This document shows, in pieces, positions 27,580 through 40,888 of a stretch of DNA of 63,557 nt. Under the pieces are notes generated by a model. The model searched no databases. It was not told where the DNA came from and was given only the letters and a program-made list of their open reading frames with translations. Position 1 is the first letter of the stretch. Each line of letters starts with the position of its first letter. Made by a program: the position numbers and the translations under genes. Source of the DNA: Octopus bimaculoides (taxonomy: Eukaryota); the NCBI RefSeq assembly GCF_001194135.2, contig NC_068986.1:26260970-26324526 (forward strand), written 5' to 3'.

Positions 27580-28677
27580 TATAGGTGGGGCCTAAAAACT
27601 ACGCCAGTATTCCAATAAATAAGACATTAGAGTAGGGTACCTTTTCCTTCAAAGTATTCCCTTTGAGAATGTACACAGCATCCTAGCACACCTTCCATGC
27701 TTCAAAAGCATCAAGGAAGTCCTCTTCCTGAAGTGGGATTCCTTTAAATTTTTGAGAAACACAGAGAAGTCACTGGAAATGAGGTCAGGCAAGTACAGAG
27801 GATGTGGCACAATCTCCATTTTGTTCTTTGTCAAAAACTACATAATGAGTGTTAATGTGAAGCAACAGCCCACTGTTGTGGCACAATAATTCAGGATTTT
27901 TTTTTTCATTGCATATCATATTTCAAGTATCTCAAAACACAACAGGATATGTCAGAATTCCTTGTAGCATTGGCAGGTACAAATTCTCAGTGAACACTGC
28001 ATTTGAAGTGGTATAAAACAATGAGCATGTTCTTCATTACAAACCTGCCATGCTTTCTTTAATCCTTGTGTCAGTGAGATCTTATACTGTCATTTTGTCT
28101 TTGGACAATGGTCATAAACTCAACTTTCATCATCCATGATGACTCTAAGAATGAAAGCTGGATTAGCTTAGCCTTCTCTTAAAACTCAAGGCACACATCA
28201 AAATGTTCCTGCTTTTGATCAAGAGTCAGGTTGGGTGGTGGAGACTAACTTTGCAACAATACAATGCATGCTCAAGTTTTTCATGAGAATCTCCTGTTGC
28301 AAGCTTGATAACTAACTCTAGTTACATGAAGGAGCTAGTTGACTGACTGTTCAACATCTCTCGTCATGGATGAATTCACAATTTATTTTCCACATTTTCT
28401 GACATTTTGCTAGTGATTGATCACCCTGAATGCTCATTAACTAGAACACTCATCATCATCATCATCAGCTATTGAAATACATGTGCCAATCAAAAACCTA
28501 TATTGATTTAAAGAATGTTCACTTAAAGCCTGACAAAGCACTTCAAGGGGCTGTCAGGTTCTTTGCAAAATTTGACACAACCATGTTGCTTCAGTTCATC
28601 AGTCATGGTAAAAATTCAAGAGCTGTTCTAACATAACATTAGAAAATCTCATAGCTCAACATGAGTAACACCTTGTA
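27580..28677 (-). mobile_element. Decayed mariner-family transposon
   Basis: Minus-strand remnants MTDELKQHGCVKFCK (N-terminus), HPLYLPDLISSDF and a C-terminal YFEG-like block. Termini are only weakly inverted. Confidence 0.75.
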
Positions 28678-31600
28678 TACTCTGTCTACTGAAATTCAGA
28701 TTTTTAACAGTATTTTAATATCACCTTTATTCCTTTTGTATCTCTTTAAAATGTCTATCAGTTTAAATGTAAAGCATCAAGAAGCTTGATCTCCAAAAGG
28801 CTAACACCACTTTAATGAATCCTAATAACAAACATTGCCAAACAAAATTTGTTTTATGCTGTTCTCCTTTAATGAGCAGCCACTATTGAAAAGAACATTG
28901 TTTTTAACTCTAAAGTTCATGCTATAAACTAGAACTTGCAGACATTCATAAATATTTAATATTCTACACAAAATGAAAATTGTTCTACTAGCACATCAGA
29001 ACAATCAAATTAACAAAATTGTTCCAAGTAACCATTTCACTTAAAAGCTTAACCTGAGTGCAGAAAATTTCAGTTTATAAACTTCAATCAATATCAACAT
29101 CTATGTCTGCTTTTCTATGCTACCATGCAATGGACAGATTGAACCCTTTTAGTTGCCTCTTATGACATACAACCATAAAAGAAAAATACCAACAGTAATA
29201 AAACAGTAATTTTTAGAGTATACATTAATTTCCATGACAATAAGACAGGTTTCCAGCTGCAATATTTTGGCAATAGCATTTAGCTTGCTTAACTAGTAAA
29301 ACAACAATAAAAATAGTCGGTACCTTTTATGTTGCTTGTAATCTGCAACCAGGTCAAGTTAACCAATCAAATATTTTATAATGACTCAGTTTAGCACACT
29401 AGATATGGAATAAGCCAACAAGGGAATCTATCTTATATAAATAGCAGCCAAATTTCCTCAAATCACACCCTATCAATTTAAAAACAAAAAAAAAGACGCA
29501 TTTGACAATGTAGTCCCAGTTATATAAAATCATGGGAAAGTTGGCAGCTGAAAAGCCTTTGATTATAGTCTGTTCAACCAAGCTATACCTGGGGTAAGAG
29601 GTTAAACAACAATAGGACAATCAAATTTTTCATAATTATTCCAATGACTTCTAGGAGGGTTCATGTAGGAAAATTCATTACAAATAAATGATCACTATAA
29701 TTTACTCCAGTGTGATCCATTGCTAATTCATAACCTTAAAATATTTGTATTCCTACTATGAACAGCTAAAATACTACCTTAATTAATAACATTTAGAAAC
29801 CCTACTCCTAGCATTCACTATTGGATATATCAACTGCATTGAACTGGGCTCAAGGCTGATAGCTCCCAATATGCAACAAAGCTTATACACAGATATTTGA
29901 TAAAGAACCAGCAAAAAAGATAGCATTTTCAAGCCAATTAAATAATAAATTCTTCTAAGAGAAAAGTTCAGATATGATTGGGATAGTATTGACATAGTTT
30001 GTTTTGATCAAGACGAGTGAAGAAGCAGTCTCACAACCTAAGAAATAGGTGCCAGTAATAGATTAGCTAACAAATATTCTATGGATCAACTGCACCTTTA
30101 GCTTGCAGGGTGATCATTCAAAACATTCAAAATTTGCTTAATTTGTCATATTCATAGGATATCACCTTATCAAATCTTATTTTCTTTAAGATGTTAAGAT
30201 GTAATTTAATGAAGATTTCACTAGTTCTACAAGGTTAAGCAATCATGTTGATGTTCCTAGTTGGCTAGTTAGTCCATACTTATTGTTTAGCCTCATGCCT
30301 GCTCTAATTAAGTACACCTATGATCAAAGTAGTACACCCATTATCATCTGTTTTTTTTTTTTCTTTAAGGTGGTATGGTGTAGTTTGAAAAGAGTTTGAC
30401 TATATCTGATAGGTTGAGCAAGCATGTAGAGGTGCTTCTATTCACCCATCACCTCACAGTTCAAAGATGAAAGTTATAAATACTGGAAATTAAGGTCTTA
30501 GATTCATAATGTTGATTTAGATGAAGATGGCATGGTTAAGTTCACATTGCAACCACATAGTTTCAGGTTCAATTCCACTGCACAGCACATTGGGTGTCTT
30601 CTACTATAGTCTCAGATTGATCAATATCAAGAAAGTCTTCTGTGAAAAAACATGTCTGGCAATGGGGAAATATTACCTTCCCTGAAAACAAGTGACAGCT
30701 GGTGACAAGAAGGGCATCTGGCTATAGAAAATCTACCTCAACAAACTCCATCTGATTCATGCAAGCATGGAAAATTATCATCATCATTTAAGTTCCATTT
30801 CCATGCTGGCATGGACTGGATAGTTTGGCAGGAACTGGCCAGTTAAGGAGCTGCCCAGGTTCCAATTGTCTATTTTGACATGGTTTCTATGTTTGGATGC
30901 CCTTTCTAATGCCAACCACTGCAGAGTGTATTGGATGCTTTTTATGTGGCACTGGCATGGACACTTTTACTTGGCACCATCATGAGGAAAAGTGAACATT
31001 AAAGGATGATAATGATGATGATGTGTCCAGCATCCTTGATCTCTACTCTATTTTATGCTGCTCTGAAAGTATGAAAGACAAAGTTGACCTCAGCAAGGTC
31101 TTAACTCAGAGCACAAAGCATTTTGTCCTACATTCTAATGACTCTCCCAAACTAAGACAAATATAAATTGATGGAATAGTCACATCATTAATAAAGCAAC
31201 ATTCAATAAAATGAAGGGATGGAACCCTGAAACAATTATTCAATCATGCAAAGCCTAGATGTTTACCTATGGCTCAACCAAAACCTCTAGTTTTACTTCA
31301 GAACCATTCAAGACACAATCCACCATATTTGTAGGTTTTTATTTTTTTACTAAATCAATGAATAACTGGCAGCTGTTTACTAGGTCATGAAACAGCTTCT
31401 TGTTTTTATTAAAATAAACTATGTCAATACTCTTTCAACAGCAAAAGATGATTTAATTACAAAACAATTCCTTGAAGTATTATAAACATTGGTAATTTAC
31501 GTTAAAATAATCAAACATCCATGATATAAAAACAGTAATAAACCTATGAAACAAATACTATTTTGTATACAGGAACAAGCTGAAGAAATTTTAAAGTTTG

Positions 31601-34600
31601 TAAAAATCAGACATCATTGAGAATGTTGATGGCTTCACAAGAGTTTCACAGTTAGCCACAATACCTTAGAAAAAGAGTTGTGTTCATTACTGTGTGGACC
31701 TACAGAGTCTACATCCAATATCTACTAATGGAGCAATACTGAGAAACTTGAAAGGACCATGCTTCCTTCCAAAACTAGATTTTAATATGAGCTATCATTG
31801 AGCAGAATTAGATCTATTGTGACATCATAACATTTGCTTCTTCCAGAGAATATCAGTAAAGAGTTATGTGTAGATTTTTCAAGTCTGATGTAAGTAATAT
31901 AGCAGTTGATATTGTAGTTTATGATAGGCTAAAATCATGTATCTTTGATGAGAGACTATTTTTGTTTCACTATTTAAAATCAAAGAATCCAATGGAGGAT
32001 GTGATTAATGCTGTAATTTATTACAAAACTATACAAAAAAAAAAAGATATTTCTGATGAGTGTAAGGGGAAAGTATCAGAAGTTGAAGGTATGCATAACA
32101 TTCTATGTTGATAGACAACTCCAGAGTCAAATGTTACACTATTTCTAGCATATTTACATAGAAAACACTGAACATATTCAGTGACCCTCAACTATTATTA
32201 ACATTATTTAGTGGAAAGGGGAAAGCCTTCATCAAGAATACTTTTATGGAGATTTAGATTGAGACCCTACAATTAACATATACACTTTAAAAAAAAAGCA
32301 TCCTTAATCCAGATTATCTGTCATCTCAACCAACAATAACAACAATGTATATTGATAAGGACCACTGGGAACAATAATTTTGTAATAATGGAGTTCTACA
32401 AAGGCCTTGAGCATTACCACAATCCCTCTGATTAATAAAGAATTTTTTTCATAAAGCAGAGAAGAAATATCAAAATGACTAGTTTCTGACTCTTAAATCT
32501 TTTTAGAGCTTATTTATCTCTACTACCATAATGCCAGTAAAATATATTACTGCTGTGCTGGTGTATTACTATATATACATTTGTACAAGAACTCACCATT
32601 TTTTTTCTCTTTTAGTTTTTCTCATCATCTAAGTGACTAGGTTATGTTGTAGCGTAGCTAATTACTGTTTCCTCGCCACCTCCATCACCTAATTTTTGTC
32701 TAAAACTCACCTTTATGTATATTCATTGGCACACTTTATCACCCAGTTTTACATCACCACCTAGCCCTTGTGTACTTTGGCTGGAATGATAGCCACTCTA
32801 TTGCAAACATTTGAACTATTCTGCAGCCTGAGACTAGCTCCAGATCATGGTTTTTTTGTGTCTTTTTTTTTTACCACCAGACTTAGAAGTACACTAGGCA
32901 TTTCTTGCTTCACAAAACTTGGTCAGTCAATTACTCAGTAGTCAAATATTAAACAGAACACTAAAAAATGCAGAATGGAAAATCTGACCAATGACAAACA
33001 AACCAGTCAACACAACTCAGATTAACACTTGGCCTTTTGAACTCATGATGTTCACTTTTAGCAGCTTGTTAATTAGAAAAAAACATTGTTACTTCTAACT
33101 CTAAACCCCAAGTCATATATGGCTGCTCACTTTTGCATTATCCAGAAGTATAGTTAAATGAAATTACACCTACCAAAGCATACTTACAGATTCAGAGGGT
33201 TAATCAGGATAGAATTACAGTGATACACCATCAGCACTACTGCACTTAACGAATCCCCTAGCAAACAAGGAGCTATACCAATTTCTAGAGATGTCTAACA
33301 ATAGCTGACATGCAATGTTATGAAGTTGTTTAACTCCAAACATTTATTTATCCCATGCAATATTGCACTGATCAGTAAGAAATGCTATCTATCCATCGTT
33401 TGCATGTTTAATCTCACAATGACTAACTGATTTAGTTAAGGAGTAGTTTTATGCTTATCAAGGCCTGTAAAAAGTATTGATGCCACAGCACTAAAAAAAC
33501 TAGAAATCAGTTATTCACACTCATCCAGTACAATTTGATACACAGGAGTAAGTAAAAAGTAGAACTGCCTCTGGAACATAGTGTGTAAACACAACAAAGA
33601 AAGTTCTCTTAATGTCAAAGAAAAACAGACAGAAAGATTTGCACTCATCAGTACTCATCAAAAAAAAAATCACTTTGCAAAACAGCAAATACTGAACAGA
33701 AATATCCCAATTCACAAATCAGCTTTTACTAAGCTTGTAAGATTGAAAGCAAAAAAAAAAAAAAAAAAGCATCTGCTAACAATGCTCAAAAGAGAAATCA
33801 CAACAGATTCAAATGTTCATGATACAAAAGCTTCTTACAGGCAGGAAAAAAACTAGTTGTTAGTTCCATTTTCTGAGTGTTAAACAATTCAGTAATTATG
33901 CAACACACATTAGTCCTTTCTAAGGTACTAAAAAAAGACTTTGCAGAAAATTTCGAATCAACAATTTCAACAAAAATATAATGCTATGAAGCAAAAATTA
34001 ACCATGTACATGATCTAGAAGAAATTATTCTCAGCAAGAAATCTGGAGTGTGATTAAAGTATAACAGTATTCCAAAACTTCAAGTAGAGATAGTATTCCA
34101 GAAACTTTCCTTAGACCTATTTCATGAGCTTTTCATGCATCTACAGCCAAATAATGCCTTGCTTTCCAACAATTTACAAACAGATGGGAAATAGTGCAAT
34201 GTGGAATTTTCCTACCCAGTCTAAATTCTCACCAAATAATGTAATGTTATTTACATAGATGCCTTTACTAACACTTTCAATCCCACTCAAGCCCCTATTA
34301 AAGCGATCATATCAAAATATTGACAAACATTATTATTACAGAACTTAGAAATGACTTCAATAAGTTGTATTGTAATTTCATGTGATTTCATTGAACCCCA
34401 ATAAATTCTAAATTACTTTGAAAATCAAAGCACATAAGCAGTCTATTCTTGTTAGGACACAAAAATGTTAAAACCACTCTGCCATATGCTACAAAAGTGC
34501 ATCAAGTAAAATGTTGGCATCAAAAGAATTTCTTGCCCTGACTAAAATGCTTGCCACCATTTTCCTTTGATAAATTCAAGACAATCTTGGCAAAAAAAAT

Positions 34601-36658
34601 GACGTATGAGCAAGAAGGTTTATTAGACTGGTAACAGTCCAAAAGTTTTCTCATAAATTAAGGTTTGCATCACCACCACAATCTTGTTTACATTCTCACT
34701 TGCTACATAAGCCTCTGCAAAATCAAGGAAGAAAAAATATATTTCCAATCCAAAAGTAGTAACATCCAGGCCTAAACGAAGGTTCAATGATTTCAGATCG
34801 TTTTCATATAGAGGTAACGAGTTTCAAAGCCTTGTTGACAACTTTTCAACTACAATATACTTTTGCTAGTTCTATGACACTAGTCAGTCTTCTGGAGAAC
34901 TGACAAAAATAAAATAAGATAAATAAAACGATTTTATACCAGCAAGGAAAACGGGCGTCAAAGGAATGAATGAATGATGAATTTTGGGATTATCAGCAGC
35001 AGCAAGAAAACTGAGATTAATGTACCAACCACCACTAAACATGCCATAATTAGAGTAGTTGGGGAATAAACACTAATGCCTTGACCTATCTATTTGACTG
35101 ATAATCAACAGCTGAATAATATTAAACTATCTCAACGAGAATGTCTGGAACAGTCACAAATTTGCGACCACCAAACACACTTCTGTCTAAAGATGAAAGC
35201 AGGAATCTCAGAAGCGGTCGCATACACCAACTGGAAGCTTTTCGATTGCTTTCTCAAAATCCTGCTGAGTGTGGAAAAGGTTGAAAGAATGCAACTCGGT
35301 GAATCGCAAAACACTTATGTATATAAAACGGATATCTTATAAATAAATAAAAATAACCTAAATTGATTTGTTATTTATCACCACCTGTTCAAGTAAGGCC
35401 TCGTATACTTCAACAGACAGTATATAAACTTCCTGTCGATTACAGCTGATTTTGGTCGTGTTCCGCAAACTGAAAACGCTACGCTAACAAATCCGGCGAT
35501 GACTTTCGAAATTAAATTTACATCCGTGTAGGATTGAAATGAAAATTTTAACTGCATTTTTTCTCTAAAATATTAAGATCGCTTAATTGTATAAATTGAA
35601 GAATCTTATCTAAAGGATAAACTTTATAAAGAGATATAAAAAATATGTCCTATATATATATAAAAAAAAAAAACGAATTTCAGCTTCACACGGTCAATGT
35701 TTTCACTAAATTTCTCTTGTTTATTAACTAATAACCTTCATCGCTCAAAACAAACCTCCGATGAAAGGAGATGGCGTGGATAATTGATAAAGCAACAGAT
35801 TACATTTTTTTACTGTATTTAGTATTGCTATCTTCAATTCTCACCGGTATTGACGTTTCTTCAACAAAAGTCGATAAAACATGATTCAATAGACTTATCT
35901 TCCTTGTACCTTTTCTAAGACTGGGCCGGTGCAAAAGAAAAAGAAATTATTGGAAATAATGGGGTCTGGTGGTGGAGAGTGAGTTAGGCAGTAGAAAGTC
36001 TAAATGTCTTTAGTGCTCAGTTTTCCCCCTTCTAGATTCTGAGTTCGGATCTCGGTGAGATCGTTGAAAATAAGTTTCGGTAAGATCCTAGTCAAGATGG
36101 CCAAATAAGCATTAGTAGTTAACTGTTCAGCATCAAGTTAGCTCTCACTGAGTGGACATGATCAAAATTGTTCCAACCATGCCCTGTACATCCTTCCCAA
36201 GCATTACGTGTCATGGAATACATTATCCAAATGTATACTTTTCATTTAGCTTCTATTTCTAGCAGTTCAAGCGACCACTTACAGGTAGATTCATTCAACC
36301 ACTCCTTCCTTGCAAATACTGACCCTGCGCAAAAGGTTAGTCGTAATGATGCAGACTAAATGAATTAAGTTCCCGTTCAACTGCTGTTTAGAGTCGATAA
36401 AATATCAGTAATATACTGATATCGATCAACTGTATTCTCTTTTTAAATAATGACTTGCCAGAAGAAATCGTTATCATCCTCAATATTTTTTTAGAACACG
36501 TTTTTTTTTTTTTAATTTTACAATTGTTAAAGTTAAACGAAGTAAATAAATGTCATAACAGGTCACTTAGGATTTATTAAACACGAAAAATCTGAGTAGG
36601 AAGGATAAACCCTCTTAAAGTAGGTAGTTTAAATGAAACTGACTTGGTATCAAACTGA

Positions 36659-36694
<36 letters not shown>

Positions 36695-36752
36695 GTCAGT
36701 AAATCATAATAAATCCGAGAAAGAAGCACATTAAGTTATAGAGCGGTAGAAT

Positions 36753-36970
36753 ATATAAAGATAGATATGGCCGGTCTATGGGGTTACCCAGGGCTTCACG
36801 TCCATAAAGCGCTTAGCTTTACAGCGTTTCTTCAGACCCTAAACCCGTTGGACTATGACCTCAGAGGCCAACGGGTTTAGTTAGGGTCTAAAGGAACGCA
36901 GTAAAGCTAAGCGTTTTATGGACGTGAAACCCAGGGTAACCCCATAGACTGGCTATATCTACCTTTATAT
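36753..36970. repeat. 218-bp foldback (long inverted repeat), probably a MITE
   Basis: Arms of about 100 nt (36753-36851 / 36868-36970) with about 9 mismatches and one 4-nt indel by hand alignment, and a 16-nt spacer. GC- and CpG-rich relative to the flanks. Confidence 0.92.
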
Positions 36971-37485
36971 CTATCTATCTATGAGAGAGCGCAAGTGAAG
37001 ATATAACATTACCGGTAATTAAAATTGGAAGGCATGTTCAATACTTCAGCAATCCGATTTGAAAACAGAAACATACCATTCTATCCTACTCGCACATATT
37101 TCAAAAAATCCTTGTTCTCTACTTCGACTTTCAACTTCAGAATGCAATAGTCTGAACACTCATTGAGGTCATATTTATATTGCAATTCATCTCTCTGGGA
37201 AGAACGTTCGGAATTCTCATCACTATGTCAACAGATAAAAATCGTGATCACTACCGAAGGCTGTGATCATCTCGTGATGCAATGTAAATGCTAAAAAGAC
37301 CACTTGTGGATTGCTTAAACGCATTAAACATCTAAGACGGTCTGACCCATTCGTATAAAAGCCTTCCAGATTAATACAGACCAAGCATCCTTAAAATATG
37401 CAGCTAAAATGTTAAAGCATATGTATGCGACACATTCATACATGCAAAAACTGGAATTATAAACGGTTTAATCGTACGGGAAATG

Positions 37486-37494
37486 TGTATATAT

Positions 37495-37545
<51 letters not shown>

Positions 37546-37557
37546 AATATATATATA
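37486..37557. repeat. Compound (TA)n repeat
   Basis: TA runs interrupted by AAA at roughly 18-nt intervals. Simple (TA)n also at 36668-36693, 62771-62808 and 63517-63557. Confidence 0.9.
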
Positions 37558-39449
37558 AAAGCTTTATCAATGAAACGTTCACGTTTTAAGCGAAGATACG
37601 CATTCGATATTATTTGATATTTCTTTCTTTTAAATAGATGTAGCTAACTGTACTCCGGACAAAAGGAGATGTAATGTACAATAAAAATGTAAACTCCTAA
37701 ATATATCTAGGCTTAAACAGTATAAGGTACTGTTTAATTTGAATAAATTCGAAAAGAATATTGAACAAAATGACGGCAACCTGAGATTTTTTTTTTGTCT
37801 ATCCATTGATGTGTAATCGTTGTTTTGTTTTGTTTAATCCGATTCTGGTAAAAAAAAAGTATAATCGTTAATACATAGTACTGAATGCATATTGTTAGGA
37901 ATGATACAATATTTAGCTTTTGGGTAAATTATTTATATAAATATATATCAAATACAGAATAAATACGGTGTGTGTGAAGGTGAACGGAAAAAAGTCACAG
38001 TTAAAATGTCACATTTCATTTCAATTCCATAATAATAATAATAGTTCACTTATTTAACCGACAATAACAGGATCCGTACACAATGACAACACAATTTATA
38101 TAATGATATTATACGTAAGTGAAATAAAAGCCACATTTTATTCAATATTTGAAATACAACAATAAATCAGGGGTAAAATATTAAATCAATTATTTATTGA
38201 AGTTTTTCCTCTGACTATTTTCTGGATTCGTGTGTAAATGCATGTGTAAACATATGTCCTATTTATAAATAGTTTCCTGGGAAAAAGTTATTAGTTAAAT
38301 CTGAAGGAATAAATAATACTAACATCTAGAGTGGACGAGGTGAAGAAAATATAAAGGAATTCTTTACTTGGTCCCTGTATTTAGAAGATGAATGCATAGC
38401 TTATGAACTTCATTGAAGGTAGCCATCGGGATAGGGGTAAAGCTTAGCAAAGTGGAGTTGCTCCATCAGATGTTAAACACCAATTTTCACTTGCAAAATA
38501 AATACATAGATACCTAAGGAAGTTGTAATTAAAAGGAAAATAAGTTTTCTTCCGTTCACATTCTCTAAACTTATAACTAAAGCAATAAAGAAAATGAATA
38601 TAATCGGCTAGCGTGGATGAAGCTGTCAGATGTTGCACCAAAACCGATAAAAGCCATCAACTGCGACAAATATACATAGATTCATATTGAAATTAGATGA
38701 GAAGCTAAAAAGGTGGATCCCCATAAAAATCCGTAGACATAAGCAAGTAAAGAATGTTCGCTCCCAACAGCATTTTTATCGACATACTGTGAAATTTTAA
38801 GGAGTGGTTGATTTGTTTACTTAGGAAAGGAAAACGAAGAGATTTTATCTTTGCATTACAAAAAAAAAAAAAAAAAAAGGAGTTAGAGCAGAACATCTGT
38901 CATCCCGATATATTGTCTAACTAACCCAACATACATTCTACTAATGTTTCTTGTAAAGAATGAGAAAAGAAACATAATTTTATTCATTTATAGCCTCTGG
39001 TCGTCAGAGAAGGCGACAAGAAAGATACATTCAAAGCCTGTATCCAAGCGAAGACTTTAAAAACCTACACAACGCAAGCAAAATCCACAATTTTTGATTA
39101 ATAAAGCGATTATGTTTAGATTGTTCTCATAGTATGCTAATGATAAAATACCGAGAGAAAAGTCTTGTTGAATATTCGTAAAATTATCATGTGTGCAGCA
39201 AATGAGAAAACAGCTTACCTTTATGTGTCATTCATTAATCAACGAGTATATCATTACTAAGCCATTGTTAGGAGCGACAAGGCCAGTTTGAATGTGCAGT
39301 GTGCTGCCATCAGACGACAAGTATAATTACAATATTTTTTGTTTTAAGGCAGCATTTTGATTTTCTATTTGATAAAGTGTTAATAATCTGTATAAATTAT
39401 CAAAAATTAAAAAACATTGTTGATTCAGCTTGAAATTTATGACTCGAGA

Positions 39450-39572
39450 TTTCATACGCCATTCCGGTATTAAATCTCACGTGATCTGCCTACGTCCTTT
39501 TCAGACTGAGTTCTTCCATTAGGTAGTAGTTATTTCGGTGCTGGTGAACAGAATCGAAAACAATCCAAAATG
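39450..39572 (+). promoter_or_regulatory. eEF2 core promoter with TCT/5'TOP initiator and ATG-only first exon
   Basis: TCCTTTTC at 39495-39502 fits the TCT consensus YYC(+1)TTTYY, predicting TSS C39497. TCACGTGA E-box palindrome at 39477-39484, with CGCCAT (YY1-like) and TTCCGG (ETS-like) just upstream. The 73-nt leader has no ATG and ends CAAAATG|GTACGT (good invertebrate Kozak context; same donor hexamer as eEF2 intron 2). Confidence 0.75.
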
Positions 39573-40839
39573 GTACGTGTCATCTTTTTTAAATTTATAT
39601 AATTTTATACTTAGCTATCAATCTTACACTGGTTAAGTTCATATTTTTAAATTTTATTTGTCGTTTACTTGTTAAATCAACATTTTCTTTCACTCCTCTA
39701 CATTCTCAGTGGCGTCTATATAAACTTGTCATTTCAATGGTCTTTCTTTCTGTTCTACTCAAAAAGCTAAAGTCAGTGATATAAAAACATACGTTTAGAA
39801 ACCTTCTATTTGGCTTAATATTTTACTTTATCTAAATGTATAAAGAAGGGCTTCTTTATTACGCAACAGGCCTCAAATATGGCAATTGACGTCATTGTAT
39901 GGACAAATAGCTGCTCAGTGCTACTACGTGTTAAATTATACTTCCGTAGTTCTCAATTCTCGATTTTTCATTACTTTCAGAAATGCCATAATTTTTTTTT
40001 ATTTAGTTATATCTTAATTATGAAGGACATTGATAATTATACCATATGTTGCCATCTCTGTAAACTTAGAAATATTCTTGATTCCTTTTTCTTTTTTTTT
40101 TGTTTACGTATGAATTTATTAGCTCTCATTAAAATCTAACAAAATGAATAAATGTGATAGTTTAATCAATGATAATTCTAATGAGTTAGTCAAAAAATTT
40201 ATTCCTTAAATATTTTTTTCATAGATGACAGTAGGTACATATTGTTCGCATAATGATGTCATATTTCTGTTTAATAGAAATATATGTACAAAGAGTAGAA
40301 CCTCGAAATTTTCCACCGTTCTAGGTATCGCTAATTACATGTGAAATTTAATTGGCTACTGTTCCATTACCAGAGACAATGAGTTGTCTCAAAACTTAAG
40401 TAATTACGTCTGTAGGTCTTTGTAGACCTCATTGTCCTTCCTCTCATTAATGTTGCGCAATCCTGTGAACTGTGGTGCAATACGATTATTCGCATATTCC
40501 CACATCTGGCTATTTGACTACAATCACATCTAGTATCTATAGTAATTTGCTCAAACTTGTCCAGTTTGTGCCCTAAGGCATTTCAAAATGCAAAGGGACT
40601 CATATTTTATATTTTTTTTACATACAGGTGTGTGTTCGTATAATTGCTTACTATTTTTAGGTCTATTATCGGATGTCGTTTTTCTGGTTTGGTTTTACTT
40701 TCATTCAACGCGCTCTATCCAGACAGCTGAGAATTTACAATGGTAGTTATCTTATTACTGTCACATTGCCGATGACATTTTCGGTAGCACCTGCCAATTT
40801 CGGCGATTCCCGCAGTTTTCCATCTGTCGGTGGTGTTAG

Positions 40840-40888
<49 letters not shown>

